A stretch of 64,000 nt of DNA from Gammaproteobacteria bacterium (GTDB lineage: Bacteria; Pseudomonadota; Gammaproteobacteria; Natronospirales; JAJUFS01): assembly GCA_036381715.1 (NCBI GenBank), contig DASVCH010000069.1:2208-66207 (forward strand). The letters run 5' to 3'. This document shows, one piece after another, positions 17,833-28,006 of the stretch. The notes under the pieces were generated by a model. That model searched no databases, had not been told where the DNA came from, and was given only the letters and a program-made list of their open reading frames with translations. The position numbers and the translations under genes are program-made. Position 1 is the stretch's first letter, and each line of letters begins with the position of its first letter.

Positions 17833-18171
17833 TCATTGCCCGATCTCTCGGGGCGTGTCGTTCACGCGCAATTCGATGTTGACGGCGCGCACGCCGGCGA
17901 CGCTTTCGGCGATCGACAGCGCGCGGCCGAGTTCCTCGCCGCTGTTCACCTTGCCGCGCAAGGTCACCACGCCGTTCCGCGTGGAAACCTGGATGCGCGT
18001 ATCGGCGAGCAGCGCGTCCCGGTAGATGAGCGTCCTGACGCTGCGGGTGATGCGCGCCTCGTCCGCGGATGCGACGTCATCCGCGCCCGCGCCGCTCAGC
18101 ACGGCTGTCGCGCAACCGCTCGCCAAAAGCACGGCGGCGAACAACGGCAGGAACCGGGAGGCGTATTTCAT
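17833..18171 (-). CDS. BON-domain lipoprotein
   Basis: ATG at 18171. Lipobox LLASGC. BON pattern (VSTRNGVVTLRGKVNSGEE...AESVAGVRAV). Confidence 0.75.
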   Translation of the reverse strand: MKYASRFLPLFAAVLLASGCATAVLSGAGADDVASADEARITRSVRTLIYRDALLADTRIQVSTRNGVVTLRGKVNSGEELGRALSIAESVAGVRAVNIELRVNDTPREIGQ

Positions 18172-18192
18172 CCCGTCATTATAACCGGGGGC

Positions 18193-18220
18193 CAAAGAAA
18201 AGGCCCGGCATTGCCGGGCC
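18193..18220 (-). terminator. Intrinsic terminator of sodB
   Basis: GGCCCGGC-AAT-GCCGGGCC followed by TTTTCTTT on the minus strand, 10 nt after the sodB stop. Confidence 0.7.
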
Positions 18221-18229
18221 CTGTTCGCA

Positions 18230-18820
18230 TCACGCCGCGAAGTTCTTCTCCGCGAACTCCCAGTTCAGCACTTCGTCGAACCAGGCCTCGAGGTACTTCG
18301 GCCGCGCGTTGCGGTAGTCGATGTAGTACGCGTGCTCCCAGACGTCGCAGGTGAACAGCGGCGTGCCCATCTCGGCGTGCGCGATCGGCGTGTCGGCGTC
18401 GTCGGTCTGCACGATGCCGACCGTGCCGTCCGGCTTCTTCACCAGCCAGCCCCAGCCGGAGGCGAAGTTGCCGGTCGAGGTTTCGATGAACTTCGTGCGG
18501 AAATCATCGAAGGAGCCGAAGGCCTTGTCGATGGCCGCGGCGAGATCGCCACTCGGCCTGCCGCCGCCGTTCGGGCTCATCGAGTTCCAGTAGAAGGTGT
18601 GGTTCCAGACCTGCGCGGACTGGTTGAACAGGCCGCCCTTCGATTTCCGGATGATCTCTTCCAGCGGCATGTCCTCGAATTCCGTGCCGGCGATCAGCGC
18701 GTTGGTCTTGTCCACGTAAGCCTTGTGATGCTTGCCGTGATGAAATTCCAGCGTTTCCCTCGAGACGTGCGGCGCAAGCGCGTCCAGCGCGTAGGGAAGT
18801 TCGGGCAACTCGTGCTTCAT
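18230..18820 (-). CDS. sodB: Iron superoxide dismutase
   Basis: 196 aa. Motifs LPELPYALDALAPHVSRETLEFHHGKHH and DVWEHAYYIDYRN. Confidence 0.9.
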   Translation of the reverse strand: MKHELPELPYALDALAPHVSRETLEFHHGKHHKAYVDKTNALIAGTEFEDMPLEEIIRKSKGGLFNQSAQVWNHTFYWNSMSPNGGGRPSGDLAAAIDKAFGSFDDFRTKFIETSTGNFASGWGWLVKKPDGTVGIVQTDDADTPIAHAEMGTPLFTCDVWEHAYYIDYRNARPKYLEAWFDEVLNWEFAEKNFAA

Positions 18821-18998
18821 GGCGGTCTCCTTGAGTCAACGCGCCGCGGAAGAACTCCCGCCGGCGGCGTCATTTGGGTAAACTTGCGGGCCGGATGCGA
18901 ATCGCGGAAGTCTAAAGCCGCGCAGGCGCGCAGACAACCGCGCCGCAACACGCAAGGTAATTCCTTTACTGCCTCTCATCGAATTCACGGAACACCTC

Positions 18999-19850
18999 AT
19001 GCCCACGCTGCCCGCCGATCTTGCCGAACAGGTACGTCGCGCACTTGCCGAGGACACCGGACCCGATGACGGTCGCGGCGACCTCACCGCGCAATTGATT
19101 CCCGCCGAACGCAAGGCAAGCGCAACCGTCATTTCCCGTGAAGCCGCGGTGATCTGCGGCCAGGCGTGGGTGGAAGAAACCTTCCGGCAGATCGACCCGG
19201 CGGTCCGCGTCGAATGGACCGTCGGCGAAGGCGCGCGCATCGAGGAAAACGCGCTGCTGTGCCGTTTGCACGGGCCGGCGCGCGCGCTGCTGACCGGCGA
19301 GCGCACCGCGCTGAATTTCCTGCAGACGCTGTCGGGCACCGCGACCGCCGCAAGGCATTACGCCGGCCTTGTCGCCAGCACGAACTGCACCGTGCTCGAT
19401 ACGCGCAAGACGCTGCCGGGATTGCGCACGGCGCAGAAATACGCCGTCGCAACGGGCGGCGGCGGCAATCACCGCATGGGCCTGTTCGACGCCATCCTCA
19501 TCAAGGAAAACCATATCGCCGCCTGCGGCTCCATCGCCGCGGCCGTGACGCGCGCCCGCGAGATCGCGCCGGAGGTGACCGTGGAAGTCGAGGTGGAGAA
19601 CTTCGATGAACTCGACCAGGCGGTGGTGGCGGGCGCGGACGTCATCATGCTCGACGAGTTCGACCTCGACGCCACGCGCCGCGCCGTCGCCCGCGTCGCG
19701 GGCCGCGCGAAGCTGGAAGCGTCCGGCGGCATCGACGACGCGACGCTTCGTGCGATCGCGGCAACCGGCGTGGATTTCATTTCGGTCGGCGCGCTCACCA
19801 AGCACGTTCGCGCGGTGGACCTGTCATTGCGCCTTGCGATGGACGCCTGA
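18999..19850 (+). CDS. nadC: Nicotinate-nucleotide pyrophosphorylase (carboxylating)
   Basis: 283 aa. Motifs [25 protein letters not shown] and TRKT.PGLR. Confidence 0.9.
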   Translation: MPTLPADLAEQVRRALAEDTGPDDGRGDLTAQLIPAERKASATVISREAAVICGQAWVEETFRQIDPAVRVEWTVGEGARIEENALLCRLHGPARALLTGERTALNFLQTLSGTATAARHYAGLVASTNCTVLDTRKTLPGLRTAQKYAVATGGGGNHRMGLFDAILIKENHIAACGSIAAAVTRAREIAPEVTVEVEVENFDELDQAVVAGADVIMLDEFDLDATRRAVARVAGRAKLEASGGIDDATLRAIAATGVDFISVGALTKHVRAVDLSLRLAMDA

Positions 19851-19892
19851 CTACACATTATATTGTCCGGATCGTGGTATCCTGACCCGTCT

Positions 19893-19906
19893 CAAACGGA
19901 CGTTTG
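19893..19906. promoter_or_regulatory. CAAAC-GGAC-GTTTG palindrome, PsrA-type fatty-acid regulator box candidate
   Basis: Read directly, 37 nt upstream of the fadE ATG. It fits the published PsrA motif (C/G)AAAC-N2-4-GTTT(G/C). Confidence 0.4.
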
Positions 19907-19942
19907 AATCCGTTTCCGGAGACCGTATCAAAGGAGCTTCGC

Positions 19943-22402
19943 ATGTCTGTCTTCCTGGCCATCCTCGCGGTCGTCGTCATCGCCATGGCGCTCGCGTACT
20001 TCGCCGCCCCGCTGTGGCTGTGGTCCGCGGCCGTCATCGCCGGCCTCGGCGCACTCAGCCTCGACGGCAACCTGCCGTGGGCCGGCATCATCATTGCCGC
20101 CCCCATGCTGCTGGTGCTGAACCTGCCGCCGCTGCGCCGCGCGCTGGTTTCCAACCGCCTGCTCACCTGGTTCCGTTCCGTGCTGCCGCCGCTGTCCGAG
20201 ACCGAGAAGGTTGCACTCGACGCCGGCAATCCCTGGTGGGACGCCGAGCTTTTCACCGGCAAGCCGGACTGGAACAAGCTGCTGGAAGCGCCGGCCGCGC
20301 GCCTTTCGGAAGAAGAACAGGCCTTCATCGACGGTCCCGTCGACGAATTCTGCAAGCTGCTGGACGACTGGAAGATCACGGCCGAGGACAAGGACCTGCC
20401 GCCGGAAGCCTGGGAGTTCATCGCGAAGCACAAGCTGTTCGGCATGATCATCCCGAAAGAATACGGCGGGCTGGAATTCTCCGCGCTCGCGAACTCTTCC
20501 GTCGTGATGAAGATCGCCACGCGTTCGCTGAGCGCGGGCGTGACAGTGATGGTGCCGAACTCGCTCGGGCCGGGCGAACTGCTTTTGCATTACGGCACCG
20601 AGGAACAGAAGAATCACTACCTGCCGCGGCTCGCGAGCGCGGAGGACATTCCCTGCTTCGCATTGACGAGCCCGTGGGCGGGTTCGGACGCGGGCGCGAT
20701 CCCGGACACCGGTATCGTCTGTGAGGGCGAATACAACGGGAAGAAGACGCTCGGTTTCCGCGTCACCTGGGACAAGCGCTACATCACGCTTGCGCCGGTC
20801 GCGACGATTCTCGGCATGGCGTTCAAGGCCTACGACCCGGACGGGCTGCTTGGTGACAGGAAGAACCTCGGCATCACGCTCGCGCTGATTCCGACGAACA
20901 TGCCGGGCGTCGAGATCGGCAACCGCGCCAACCCGCTGGACGCCGCGTTCATGAACGGCACCACGCGCGGCAAGGACGTGTTCATCCCGATGGACATGCT
21001 CATCGGCGGCCAGGAATACATCGGCCAGGGCTGGAAGATGCTGATGAACTGCCTCTCCGCCGGCCGCGCGATCTCGCTGCCGGCGCTTGGCACGGGCGCG
21101 GGCAAGATTTCCTCGCGCATGACCGGCGCGTACGCGCGCGTTCGAAAGCAGTTCCGCGTGCCCATCGGCAAGTTCGAGGGCGTGGAAGAAGCGCTGACGC
21201 GCATCGCGGGCCTCACCTACCGCATGGACGCCATGCGGCGCGTGACGGCAGGCGCGATCGACGCCGGCAACAAGCCCTCGGTGCTGTCCGCGATCCTGAA
21301 GTTCCACGGCACCGAAGGCATGCGCCAGGTGCTGAACGACGCCATGGACATCCACGGCGGGCGCGGCGTCATGCTCGGCCCCCGCAACTATCTCGCGCGC
21401 GCCTACCAGGGCATTCCGATCGCGATCACCGTCGAAGGCGCGAACATTCTCACGCGTTCGATGATCATCTTCGGCCAGGGCGCGATCCGCTGCCATCCCT
21501 GGCTGCTGAAGGAACTCGAAGCGGCGTACGACGACGATGCGCAGCGCGCGCGCATCGTGTTCGACAAGGCGCTGTTCAGCCACATCGGCTTCACGATCTC
21601 CAACGAGGTGCGTGCTTTCGTCATGGGCATCACCGGCGCGAATTTCGTGAGCGCGCCGGCGGCCGGTCCGTTGACGAAATACTATCGCCAGGTCACGCGC
21701 ATGAGCGCGGCGTTCACCTTCCTCGCCGATCTCACGCTGCTGATTCTCGGCGGCGAACTGAAGCGCAAGGAAAAACTGTCCGCGCGCTTCGGCGACGTGC
21801 TGAGCCACCTGTACATGGCGTCAACCGTGCTGAAGACCTTCGAGGACACGGGACGCCCGGCGGCGGACCTGCCGCTCGCCGAATGGGCATTGCAGGATTC
21901 ACTTTTCCACTGCCAGGAAGCGCTGGAAGACATTCTCGCGAACTTCCCCGTCACGTGGATGGCGCCGCTGCTGAAACGCGTCGTGCTGCCGTTCGGCCGG
22001 CCGTACCGGCGCCCCAACGACCGTCTCGGGCACAAGGTCGCGAAGGTCCTGCTCGAACCGTCCGAAGCGCGCGACCGTCTCACGCGCGGCGCTTACTGGA
22101 ACCGCGATCCGAACGATCCCATCGGCCGCATGGAAGTCGCGCTCGACAAGGTGCTCGCCGCCGAGCCGGTGGAAGCGAAGCTGCAGAAGGCGCTGGGCGT
22201 GAAACTGGGCGCGGCCAACTACGAGGAAGCCGTGGCGCGCGGCGTAAGCGAAGGCGTCATTTCGGCGGAAGAAGCCAACCTGCTGCGCGAGGGCGCGGCC
22301 GCGACGCTGGAGGCGATTCTCACCGACGAGTTCACGCCGGAGGAATACGCGCGCTACATCGCTGCCAGGAAGGCGCCGGAGAAGAAGGCGGCAACGGGGT
22401 AA
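19943..22402 (+). CDS. fadE: Large membrane-associated acyl-CoA dehydrogenase
   Basis: ATG at 19943 (AAGGAG RBS) inside ORF 19904..22402. About 820 aa with N-terminal TM helices and an ACAD core, typical of FadE. Confidence 0.9.
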   Translation: MSVFLAILAVVVIAMALAYFAAPLWLWSAAVIAGLGALSLDGNLPWAGIIIAAPMLLVLNLPPLRRALVSNRLLTWFRSVLPPLSETEKVALDAGNPWWDAELFTGKPDWNKLLEAPAARLSEEEQAFIDGPVDEFCKLLDDWKITAEDKDLPPEAWEFIAKHKLFGMIIPKEYGGLEFSALANSSVVMKIATRSLSAGVTVMVPNSLGPGELLLHYGTEEQKNHYLPRLASAEDIPCFALTSPWAGSDAGAIPDTGIVCEGEYNGKKTLGFRVTWDKRYITLAPVATILGMAFKAYDPDGLLGDRKNLGITLALIPTNMPGVEIGNRANPLDAAFMNGTTRGKDVFIPMDMLIGGQEYIGQGWKMLMNCLSAGRAISLPALGTGAGKISSRMTGAYARVRKQFRVPIGKFEGVEEALTRIAGLTYRMDAMRRVTAGAIDAGNKPSVLSAILKFHGTEGMRQVLNDAMDIHGGRGVMLGPRNYLARAYQGIPIAITVEGANILTRSMIIFGQGAIRCHPWLLKELEAAYDDDAQRARIVFDKALFSHIGFTISNEVRAFVMGITGANFVSAPAAGPLTKYYRQVTRMSAAFTFLADLTLLILGGELKRKEKLSARFGDVLSHLYMASTVLKTFEDTGRPAADLPLAEWALQDSLFHCQEALEDILANFPVTWMAPLLKRVVLPFGRPYRRPNDRLGHKVAKVLLEPSEARDRLTRGAYWNRDPNDPIGRMEVALDKVLAAEPVEAKLQKALGVKLGAANYEEAVARGVSEGVISAEEANLLREGAAATLEAILTDEFTPEEYARYIAARKAPEKKAATG

Positions 22403-22406
22403 CAGA

Positions 22407-22523
22407 GTCGAAAGTCGAAGGTCCAAAGTCGAAAGTAAAAAAGCCGCGCGTTGCGCGGCTTTTTTTTGACCTTCGACCTTCAGCTCTCAACCTTCGACTT
22501 TCGATTTTCGATTTTCGACTTCC
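22407..22523. repeat. Complete heptamer hairpin element: 5 purine units, terminator core, 8 pyrimidine units
   Basis: GTCGAAA GTCGAAG GTCCAAA GTCGAAA GTAAAAA, then the core, then GACCTTC GACCTTC AGCTCTC AACCTTC GACTTTC GATTTTC GATTTTC GACTTCC. Confidence 0.85.
22436..22467. terminator. Bidirectional intrinsic terminator between fadE and the GGDEF-EAL gene
   Basis: AAAAAA-AGCCGCGC-GTT-GCGCGGCT-TTTTTTT. It forms the core of the 22407..22523 heptamer hairpin element. Confidence 0.7.
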
Positions 22524-25038
22524 CCTCGAGCGCCAGCCAATCGCCGCATTCGTCCGCCGTCATCGGCCGGCTGAACAGGAAGCCTTGCATCAGCCAGCAG
22601 CCTTCGTCCTGCAGCCAGCGCAGCTGCGCTTCGTCCTCGACACCCTCGGCGATGACGTCCAGCCCCAATGAGCGCGCAAGACCGATCGTCGCGCGCGCGA
22701 TCGCGGCGTCGTGCGCGTCCTTGCGAAGATCGTGCACGAACGAACGGTCGATCTTGATGATGTCGACAGGAAAGCGTTTCAGGTAACTCAGCGAGGAATT
22801 CCCGGTGCCGAAATCGTCGAGCGCAAGCTTGCAGCCCATCGCCTTGAGATCCTCCAGCAGCACCAGGGTCGATTCACCTTCGCCGAGCGCAAGCGTTTCG
22901 GTGATTTCCAGCAGCAGTGCGTTCGCCGGCAGGCCGGTTTCCGCCAGCACCACGTCAACCAGCGCGGGCACATTGCGGATGATGAACTGGCCGACGGAAA
23001 GATTGACGGCCATGTGAAACCCGTGGTGGTACTGCTCGCGCCAGCGACAGGCCTGGCGGCAGGCTTCGCGCAGCACCCATTCGCCGATCTGCGGGATAAG
23101 GCCGGTTTCCTCGGCGAGCGGAATGAACTCCTGCGGCGAAACCAGTCCGCGCAGCGGGTGTCGCCAGCGCACGAGCGCTTCGATACCGACCGTCTCGCCC
23201 GTGGCGGTGTCGACCTGCGGCTGGTAGACCAGCATGAACTCGTCACGCTGCAAGGCCCTGCGGAGATCGTTCTCGCGCTCAAGACGCTCCATCGCCTGAA
23301 CGTGCATGTCGTGGGTGAAGAAGCGGTAATGATTGCGGCCGCCCTGCTTTACCCGGTACATCGCCGTGTCCGCATTCTGGAGCAGCATCTCGGCGTCAAC
23401 GCCGTCGTTCGGATACAGCGCGATGCCGATGGAACATGTCAGCGCGATGTCGTTTTCCGCCAGTACCAGAGGTTCGGAAACGGTTTCGAGAATGCGTTCG
23501 CAGACGGCGATGACGACATCGATATCTTCCAGTTCGTCGAGTATCACCGTGAACTCGTCGCCGCCGAGGCGGGCCACGGTGTCGGACTTGCGTACGCAGC
23601 GCATCAGGCGCTTGGCGATCGCGCGCAGCACGCGGTCGCCGACATGATGGCCGAGCGAGTCGTTGACGCTCTTGAAGCGGTCGACGTCCACGAACAGCAA
23701 GGCGATCTCGCGATTCGAACGCTGCGCCTTTGTCAGCGCATGCGAAAGCCGGTCATGAAACATCGAGCGATTCGGCAGCGAGGTCAGGCGATCGAAATTT
23801 GCGAGGTGCTGCAGTTGTTCCTGCGCCTGCTGTCTTCCCGACGCCGCCATCGCCAGCGACAGGAAATCCGCCAGCGAGCTTGCGAACATGCGCTCGTCGC
23901 GCGACCAGTGACGCGGCAAGCCGACATGCTCCATCACGATGAGGCCGCGCACCTTGCCGTCGTGGCGAAACGGTGCGCCGAGGAGCGCACTGACCCGGTA
24001 TGGCGCGAGATAATTCATCATGAACGGCTGTACGCGCCTGTCCGACTGCACGTCGGCCACGGCGAAGGTGCGCATGCGCTCCAGCCGGCGTGTCGCATGC
24101 GCCTGCGGCGCGTTGCCGAGCACGATGCCGGGCGCGGCATCGTGATAGCCGTTGTCGTAAAGATGCACGCAACGAAATTCGGCGAACGCGGAATCGCAGA
24201 ACCAGATGCTGACACGGGTGCACTGTATCGCCTGCGCCGCCTTTTCCGTCACGACGTTCAGCGCGCGCGACAGGTCGCCCGACGCGATCGCTTCTTCCTT
24301 GGCAAGATCGAGCAATACGTAACTTTGCTTGCGGCCCCGCCGCTCGCCGCGCCGGAGGGTCTTCTCCGCGTTGATGCGCGTGGTGACCTGCGCGTCGAAC
24401 TCTTCCGCCATGTCGGCGTAGGCGAATTGCGTTCGAAAGGCCTCCTGCATGTCGCCGCCCACGCGCCGCGCGACCACGGCGAGCATCGCAGCCACCGCGA
24501 GGCTCGCCACGCCGGCGACCATCGCAATGGCGGTGGACTGCAACAACAGCATGAACGCGACGGGAAGAATGCAGAACAACGCCGCGATGACGTAGCTGCG
24601 GTAATCGGCGGCGAGCAGCGGCACGGCCATCGCGGCCGTGCCCGCCAGCACTACCGCGAGCAATACCTGGTGAATGGCCGAGCCGTGCGGAAACAGGACG
24701 ACACCCGCCGCGCCCCAGCCCGCCGCGGACAGCACGTTGCCCGCCCGGAACAGCTGCAACCACCGCGGCGCGCGTTCGACAGCGACAGGGATGGCATGAA
24801 AACGTGCCGCGACGGCAAGCCGCACCGCTTCGACGCCGATGAACGCCGCGGCCCAGGCGTCCAGGTAACGTGCACCGGCATGCTCGCGGAACAAGGCCGC
24901 GAGCAGGACTATGACACCGATGGTGGTGAGGTGCGCGCCACGGGAATGCCGGAAAAGCCGGTTGACCAGCGCCGCGAGCGCCTTGGCTTCGATCGCCGGG
25001 TTGCTGACCCGGGGGTTGTTGACGGTCACGATGGCCAT
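22480..25038 (-). CDS. Membrane sensor with GAF, GGDEF and EAL domains
   Basis: ORF 22480..25077. The ATG at 25038 has GGAGGA upstream. Multi-TM N-terminus, GAF region, GGDEF site (RLGGDEFTV), EAL domain (EALVRW...DDFGTGNSSLSYL). The last 13 codons lie inside the heptamer repeat. Confidence 0.85.
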   Translation of the reverse strand: MAIVTVNNPRVSNPAIEAKALAALVNRLFRHSRGAHLTTIGVIVLLAALFREHAGARYLDAWAAAFIGVEAVRLAVAARFHAIPVAVERAPRWLQLFRAGNVLSAAGWGAAGVVLFPHGSAIHQVLLAVVLAGTAAMAVPLLAADYRSYVIAALFCILPVAFMLLLQSTAIAMVAGVASLAVAAMLAVVARRVGGDMQEAFRTQFAYADMAEEFDAQVTTRINAEKTLRRGERRGRKQSYVLLDLAKEEAIASGDLSRALNVVTEKAAQAIQCTRVSIWFCDSAFAEFRCVHLYDNGYHDAAPGIVLGNAPQAHATRRLERMRTFAVADVQSDRRVQPFMMNYLAPYRVSALLGAPFRHDGKVRGLIVMEHVGLPRHWSRDERMFASSLADFLSLAMAASGRQQAQEQLQHLANFDRLTSLPNRSMFHDRLSHALTKAQRSNREIALLFVDVDRFKSVNDSLGHHVGDRVLRAIAKRLMRCVRKSDTVARLGGDEFTVILDELEDIDVVIAVCERILETVSEPLVLAENDIALTCSIGIALYPNDGVDAEMLLQNADTAMYRVKQGGRNHYRFFTHDMHVQAMERLERENDLRRALQRDEFMLVYQPQVDTATGETVGIEALVRWRHPLRGLVSPQEFIPLAEETGLIPQIGEWVLREACRQACRWREQYHHGFHMAVNLSVGQFIIRNVPALVDVVLAETGLPANALLLEITETLALGEGESTLVLLEDLKAMGCKLALDDFGTGNSSLSYLKRFPVDIIKIDRSFVHDLRKDAHDAAIARATIGLARSLGLDVIAEGVEDEAQLRWLQDEGCWLMQGFLFSRPMTADECGDWLALEGKSKIENRKSKVES

Positions 25039-25198
25039 GCCGGACAGCGTCCTCCGTGAAGCCCGGGGACGCCGCAACGCGTCGGTGCGCTGCGTCAGGA
25101 GCTCCCCCCGGTGCCCTGCAGATTTATGTCAAGTCTAGCCGATTCACCCGTCGCAGCCACACTTGTCGCGCATTTTTTTCGACGGTACCGTGAAACGC

Positions 25199-25564
25199 AT
25201 GAAATCCCGATTCCCGATGGCTCTCCTTTGTCTTCCGCTGCTCGCGGCCTGCCAGTGGCTGGCGAGGCTCGACGGCGACCGCAACGCCGAGGTCGCCCGT
25301 CTCGACCACCGTGCCTGCGAGGAGCGCGGCTATACCTGGCCCGGCAAGGCCTACATCGATTGCCGCCGCTTCCGCGCGGACGACCGGCAGCGCGAACAAT
25401 GGATGGAGCTGCAGATGACGCGGCAACAACAGCAGCCGCGCGCCGGCATTCAGCCGCAGAGTCCGCTGGAAGCGTATCGCCCCATCGACGAAGAAAGTTT
25501 CGATTGCGTGATGGCCGGCAAAGGCGCTGACGCTTATATCGACTGCCGGGAAGGCGAGCCGTAA
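25199..25564 (+). CDS. Hypothetical lipoprotein
   Basis: ATG at 25199 inside ORF 25163..25564. Lipobox LPLLAAC. Strong third-position GC. An AYIDCR motif occurs twice. Confidence 0.6.
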   Translation: MKSRFPMALLCLPLLAACQWLARLDGDRNAEVARLDHRACEERGYTWPGKAYIDCRRFRADDRQREQWMELQMTRQQQQPRAGIQPQSPLEAYRPIDEESFDCVMAGKGADAYIDCREGEP

Positions 25565-25567
25565 CAG

Positions 25568-25682
25568 GTCGAAAGTCGAAAGGCGAAAGGCGAAAGGCGA
25601 AAGGCGAAAAAAAAAGAAGCGAAAAGCGGAAAGTGAAAAGCCGCGCTTCGCGCGGTTTTCACTTTCGACCTTCGACTTCGCC
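25568..25682. repeat. Heptamer element: GTCGAAA x2, GGCGAAA x4, A-run, hairpin core, short CTTTCGA/CCTTCGA arm
   Basis: Starts 3 nt after the lipoprotein stop. The arms are asymmetric. Confidence 0.8.
25633..25662 (+). terminator. Hairpin terminator after the lipoprotein gene
   Basis: GTGAAAAGCCGCGC-TTC-GCGCGGTTTTCAC. Near-identical core to 22442..22460 and 62923..62941. Confidence 0.55.
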
Positions 25683-25687
25683 CCCCG

Positions 25688-26671
25688 TCACTCCCGGACA
25701 ATACCCAGGATCGCGTCGCGCCCTTCCCTGGCGATCACCTCGGCGACCTGCTCGCGGAACCGCGTTTCCGCGGTTCCCGCATCCGTCGCGCTGGCCTTGA
25801 CGTTCCAGCGCTGCTGTCCCAGCGAACGCCCGTCCGGTCCCGTCACATCCAGCGCTGCGGTCCCCCGCAGCCAGTGCCAGCCGTCGCGCTTCATCGCGTT
25901 GTCGTCGACGATCAGCCGCACCGCGTAGTCACCCGATCCGTTCACGGTAAAACCCGAATCCGCCAGCTGGCCGGCGAGCAGCGTGCGCCACGCATCGTCG
26001 CCTTCCGCGCGCAGGACGATCCGCGACAACGCGACGTCGAGGTCCGCTTCGAGTTCAGCGAGCGGCCAGCGCGGCGGAACGCCGCGGCCGCCGGCATCCA
26101 CGGCGCGCAGCATGTCCTGCAAGGCGCCGCGCTGCCGCTGGTTCTCGACGGTTTCCAGCGCAAGTTTCGCGCGCGTGAATGCGTCGTCCGCCGCGCGTGC
26201 GCGGTTCATGAGCGTTTCCGCCGCGGCGTCGAGACCGCCGATGTCCTCGCGCAGGCGCGTCGCGGCGTGCGCGCGATTCAGGACCGCCAGCGCGTGGTAG
26301 CGCCGCGTTTCCGGATCCTGCCAGGATGCCGGCAGCGTCACACCTTCCAGCACCTGCCGCGTGTGCACCGTGAGGTCGCGCTGGATCTCCGCGGAGTATT
26401 CGGTCTCGGCGCCGGCGCCGTTCTGTTGCGTCCGGTAGTGTTCCGCATCGGTCGAGCGCGCGTCGATGCTGACGCGGAATGTCTTGGCGAGATCCGCCCG
26501 CGCGCGATCGCGTGCGGTCGAAAGTTCGTCGGCGCTGCCGATGCCGATCACGTAAAGGCGCGCCGGGAATTCCTCGCTGCTGCCATCCAGCCAGTCCGGC
26601 CGCGCATCCCGATCCGTGCTCGCGCAGGCGGCGAGCGACAGTGCAAGAAGGAAAGTCAGGTAACGGTTCAT
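25688..26671 (-). CDS. LPP20-domain lipoprotein
   Basis: 327 aa. Lipobox LSLAAC. LPP20-like pattern PDWL...LYVIGIGSA...ARDRARADLAKTFRVSI. Last gene of the four-lipoprotein string. Confidence 0.6.
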   Translation of the reverse strand: MNRYLTFLLALSLAACASTDRDARPDWLDGSSEEFPARLYVIGIGSADELSTARDRARADLAKTFRVSIDARSTDAEHYRTQQNGAGAETEYSAEIQRDLTVHTRQVLEGVTLPASWQDPETRRYHALAVLNRAHAATRLREDIGGLDAAAETLMNRARAADDAFTRAKLALETVENQRQRGALQDMLRAVDAGGRGVPPRWPLAELEADLDVALSRIVLRAEGDDAWRTLLAGQLADSGFTVNGSGDYAVRLIVDDNAMKRDGWHWLRGTAALDVTGPDGRSLGQQRWNVKASATDAGTAETRFREQVAEVIAREGRDAILGIVRE

Positions 26672-26698
26672 GATGTTGCCCCTGATGGTTTTTCGGAA

Positions 26699-27989
26699 TC
26701 ACTGAATCCAGTGCAGGCCGACGACAACCGGCCGCCATGCGGAAATGTTGACCGGACCGATGTCGCGGCTGCCCAGCACGCCGCCGTGCGCGCTTTCGAT
26801 CCTGACTTTCACGCGATGCTCGCCGGCCGGTAGCGGCACCCGGAGCAGGTGAATGGTGTCGGGCAGCGTGCTCCAGCTTCTGACGTCGGCATTCTCGAGC
26901 ACGGCGGACGCGAAGTTGACCAGGAACTCGAGGCCCGCGCTCTCCTCGCCCGCTTCGTTGGCGACGCGATTCTTCACCACGTTGCGTGCGATCGCGCGCG
27001 CGATCAGTCCGGGCATCTCGTCCTGCAGCGCGCGCTCTGCCGCCACGGACAGGTCTTCCACCGGTTCGCTGCGGCCTGCATCCCGTCCATCTTCCACCAG
27101 CACGAAGCCTTGCGCGCTGCCGCCGCGTTCGTGCAGCGCCGGCAGCGAGATGCGATAGAACTTTCCCGACGTGATGTCCTGGTGCACGCTGGAAACCTCG
27201 TAGCGCCGCGCGACGAGCCCGCTGGTCGCGACCAGCACCAGTTCGCCGCCGTCGTGTTCTTCCAGCGCTTTCGCGCGCGCCGGCAGCGTCGCCAAAGCGT
27301 TCGAGGTATTCCTCGTGTTCGTTGTTCAATCCCAGCCGGTACGTGAGCAGCAACAGGCGGTGTTGCAGGTCGCCGGGCACGCGGCTCACCGTCCCGTTGC
27401 CGTCGTAAGCCTGCAGGGCCTTGCGATACGCGATCAGCGCCTCGTCGTATTCCTGCAACCCTTCGAAAATGATGCCGGACAGGTAGCGCGCGAAGGCGCT
27501 GGCGCCGTTCGGCGCTTCGCCGCCGTGCAGGCGCCGCAGCAACACGTCGATCTGCAGCGCCTCGACGCGCGCCTCGTCCCAGTGGCCCGCCTGCAGATGA
27601 TTGAGCGCCTGCAGGACGTGCAGTTGCAGCCGCTCGAAAGGACGCGGCTGGTAGCTCGACGTGCTTTCGGCGAGCGCAAGCTGTCCCGCGGTTTCGCTGA
27701 CGCTCGTCGCCTCCTGGAATGTCATCAGCGGCTTGGCGGCTTCGAAGGCCGCAATGCTGCCGGCGATGTCGCCGTTCATGCGCAACAGCATCCCCTTGTT
27801 GATGTAATAAAGCACTTCATTGCGCGCACCGCCGTCCAGCAGCTCCAGCTTCGCGAGCGCATCGGCCGGACGGCCCTGGCGCAGCGCCATGTCCACCTCG
27901 CGCAGCGCGTGGCCGTAGGTGGCGCATCCGCCGAGAAGCATGCACGCCGCGACGACCGCGGCGCGGCCGGTTGTCAGCCGATGACGCAT
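26699..27989 (-). pseudogene. TPR-containing lipoprotein (COG3014-like), interrupted by a 1-nt frameshift near 27285-27295
   Basis: The frame of ORF 26055..27989 reads sensibly for about 232 aa (lipobox MLLGGC, TPR-like repeats) and then turns Arg-rich. The sensible continuation is ORF 26699..27295 in another frame (ATLPARAKALEEHDGGELVLVATSG...). The joined length would be about 430 aa. Confidence 0.6.
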
Positions 27990-28006
27990 TCAGCCCGCCG
28001 CTTGCG

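Noticed and set aside
26055-27989. 644-aa ORF taken at face value as one protein
   Set aside because: Only the first roughly 232 residues look like real protein. The rest is an Arg-rich out-of-frame read-through overlapping the next two genes. I interpret it as a frameshifted gene ending at 26699.
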